A stretch of 61,160 nt of DNA from a virus (lineage: Duplodnaviria > Caudoviricetes), in the IMG/VR virus record IMGVR_UViG_3300044491_002233, positions 1 to 61,160 of that record; one strand, 5' to 3'. This document shows, piece by piece, positions 59,801 through 61,160 of the stretch (its first letter is position 1; every line of letters starts with the position of its first letter). The notes under the pieces were generated by a model, which had not been told where the DNA came from, did no database searches, and saw only the letters and a list, made by a program, of their open reading frames with translations. The translations under genes and the position numbers were made by a program.

Positions 59801-60547
59801 TACAGTTGTTATTGTTAGAGTGACATCCTCACCTTCTGATATCGATCGACTATCTGCTACGAACGACACCGACTTGAGATAAGTTCCCCTTTCTATATTT
59901 GATATGGTCTCATTGAGGTCATCAATAGCCTGTGTGACTGATGTTGAACTTGTTAGTCCTAAGTATGCACCGTCTCCAAATGTTGAATCGGCGGGCAACC
60001 TCAGTTGAACGTTGTCGCCCGTGATACCACTGCTAGAAAGTGTGGCTATGGAATCGTCGACATACAATTTCGTTGTGGCATCTGAATCCGCCACAGGTTC
60101 AGCCACTTGTAAATTTGATAGGGTGACGTTCGTGAAATCGGTCCTCGTGGATCCATCATCTGGTGTTGTACCGACCCTGAACTTGTCTAGGGTCTCGTCC
60201 CAGTATAGGACCGCGTTGTTCTCGGTGGTCCTGTTGATCATTATACCAGCGTCCGTGGCGCCGGAAGCATTGTCGTTCAAGGTGATTATATTGTCCTCGA
60301 CTGTTAAATTCTGTGAGTCTATGGTTGTGGTTGTGCCCTGTACTGTAAGGTCACCGGTGATTGTAGTGGTACCTTGCACCCTCATAGTACCGTTGACATC
60401 TAATGCGAAGTTGCCCGGAGAATCGGTCTTTACACCTATTCTTCCGTTAGTTACATCAAGGTGTAAGAGATCCGTGTTGAACGAAAGATCCGTTGATCGG
60501 ATCAGATTCGATTCTAATATTTCTCCACTAATTCTGTTTATTGCCAT
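56879..60547 (-). CDS. Large virion protein with PKD/Ig-like repeats
   Basis: WGDG..THTY, DWGDG, YSWDFGEG PKD motifs; start MAINRISG matches paralogue starts. Confidence 0.78.
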   Translation of the reverse strand: MAINRISGEILESNLIRSTDLSFNTDLLHLDVTNGRIGVKTDSPGNFALDVNGTMRVQGTTTITGDLTVQGTTTTIDSQNLTVEDNIITLNDNASGATDAGIMINRTTENNAVLYWDETLDKFRVGTTPDDGSTRTDFTNVTLSNLQVAEPVADSDATTKLYVDDSIATLSSSGITGDNVQLRLPADSTFGDGAYLGLTSSTSVTQAIDDLNETISNIERGTYLKSVSFVADSRSISEGEDVTLTITTVPTAGANTRYTITWGDGDTTTGTSDSTPTHTYNTGGTYSVTVKAFENDALVTDSSGSFATNTETDFIAVATPAPVVGYLIKSASSGGSTITTADSGATVYLENTTTNTVADCTYEVDWGDGTSDSIANDSAAGGASGSRLAHTYTNSPSADDSSVAGTGPGDTKYRIRLTLLSHSTAAPEQIPQSADANFEVYSTHTVAYSVADSTIRGINEESTSGFPVTFTNDTATLPGANTDFSATQTYSWDFGEGAGATLVNIGSGGSGDTGNTIANTFNLSSDNQNNGTTTTFTTSLTLANGHTNSTFSSNLNIIVEPDVRANIAGTAVTVSTGSGNNQYTLYDHTDLDSNVRSLTRFTNTSQNADDYFYDYYDDSSSTLAIVEDGSTAGVVGVTVDKDYTGASNGNINFRFRAHGTPDTIEQDDEETLTFVMKAVPSAPAGLSSKSITLADGAQGTNPHLCAGFDDNTGAATTLSAGDSLETTVARRYTTTTTIDTSTASNFYDGSTGTLAAEINASNDGTKAFTTAENETGTFTSLVVSSNVDYDTVDSSYPQRFYLVSSAKITKNLSAYTVGVNAQRLTHTTTGDTNYVHVVKDDITATPTTTIGTVSEGTQGTYQYISGVPYYNAGSPTLNITGTTVANFTGQAYQDTSSPHEVDNGTDQESTSGNVINDSNYTYADVDGAISMLTGGIPNTDTGVGSAYTLGTLSVPITTLDNQEVVSTIQARSKNANGTGSYSETSTKIQVFKRSSGPTGLNKEDGGITVSDSLGATFIDDAVRISGLGSLSGDTPSLNDSSNANYYTDHAWSGAVTVAGTNEAITRFGTIKHFTTDLSSGYLPAGPDLATGRDGGEAQYFNFAFRRTTMSTFTIRLSGRVSGVFIAAPGTAIDSASGLNGWLTAGETYAGSGVPGSDTGNGGNGSDGCATSPGDRIIDNTTYSNQTFEMNLGSENATNATGNNILVRIKLESGDSVTALSIE

Positions 60548-60610
60548 AATACTACTTGGATATTTACCAATATATTGTGCCATATATAAAGTGACATAAA
60601 TATTCTTAAT

Positions 60611-61160
60611 ATGGCACTATTACCTAGTAGAAAAATCCAAAAATCTTCAGAAATATTACTCGATGTTAGCCAAGTTATTTTTCGTAAAAACACCTTAAGT
60701 GGTGACACAGTAGATGGCGGAACCATAACAAATTTCTCCAGTACAGGAATGGATGATCGGGCAGATTCCGTACAACTTGTTGTCAAAAACGATCAGATAG
60801 AAATAAAAAACGACCTTGTCGTGAAAGGCACGGTGACAGTTGAGAATCTAGAGTACGTACAGGCACAGGTGCCCAAACTGAATGTTCAAAAGGCCATAAT
60901 GATTGACCACAACGAGGTCATATGGAAGGACCGATTAGGCAAGAGTGTCAAGACCAGTAGTCTAACAGAAGTGGGCACACTGAAAAAATTAGACGTTGAA
61001 AAAACATTTTATGCCGCCAACGGCAGGGTAGGGGTTAACACACAGGCACCGTCCGCACAGTTTAGTGTAAACGTTGACGGATATGAAGTGATCACACGTA
61101 TGCACGAAAAGAATGCCTACGTCGGAACACACGTTCCGGTGTCTTTCGCTATAGGTACAG
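60611..61160 (+). CDS. Probable virion protein, 3' end outside window (not in ORF track)
   Basis: Open frame MALLPSRKIQK...NGRVGVNTQAP to the window end; TAAATA 8 nt before ATG. Confidence 0.7.
   Translation, partial: MALLPSRKIQKSSEILLDVSQVIFRKNTLSGDTVDGGTITNFSSTGMDDRADSVQLVVKNDQIEIKNDLVVKGTVTVENLEYVQAQVPKLNVQKAIMIDHNEVIWKDRLGKSVKTSSLTEVGTLKKLDVEKTFYAANGRVGVNTQAPSAQFSVNVDGYEVITRMHEKNAYVGTHVPVSFAIGT

Noticed and set aside
38549-60786. Many long antisense ORFs over structural genes (e.g. 49992-50624, 53899-54597, 60012-60599, 60538-60786)
   Set aside because: They are shadows of codon bias on the coding strand, with V/S/P-rich translations, no motifs and full overlap with better genes
1-61160. 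tRNA genes, introns or stop-codon reassignment
   Set aside because: Intergenic gaps are short with no cloverleaf seen by eye; core genes are uninterrupted in the standard code. A tRNAscan/Infernal run would be the definitive check

Overview
A 61-kb segment of a large, AT-rich T4-superfamily myovirus genome. No rRNA, tRNA, CRISPR array or mobile element was seen. Left to right it holds: (1) an accessory block (1-6.3 kb) with the end of a porin, a flavodoxin-like protein, an Asn-synthetase-like ligase, a 2OG-Fe oxygenase, methyltransferases and a DctP-like binding protein with no signal peptide; (2) replication genes (gp41 helicase, an inserted radical SAM gene, primase, a 196-aa mini-DnaE, clamp-loader-like subunit, UvsW); (3) an ~11-kb glycan-modification island with four KpsS/KpsC-like paralogues, GT61, GT2, GT8, another DxD GT, a sulfotransferase, an SGNH protein, FkbM and an epimerase; (4) uvsY, uvsX and gp32; (5) terminase, head completion, tail tube, an enlarged sheath and neck genes; (6) a paralogous tail-fibre/baseplate array. 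The clearest sequence-level pattern is that late-type TAAATA boxes and sigma70-type -10 boxes repeatedly lie 5-8 nt before an ATG with no Shine-Dalgarno, implying widespread leaderless mRNAs. Product calls come from motifs recognised by eye; no database search was run. An aquatic Gram-negative host is inferred only.
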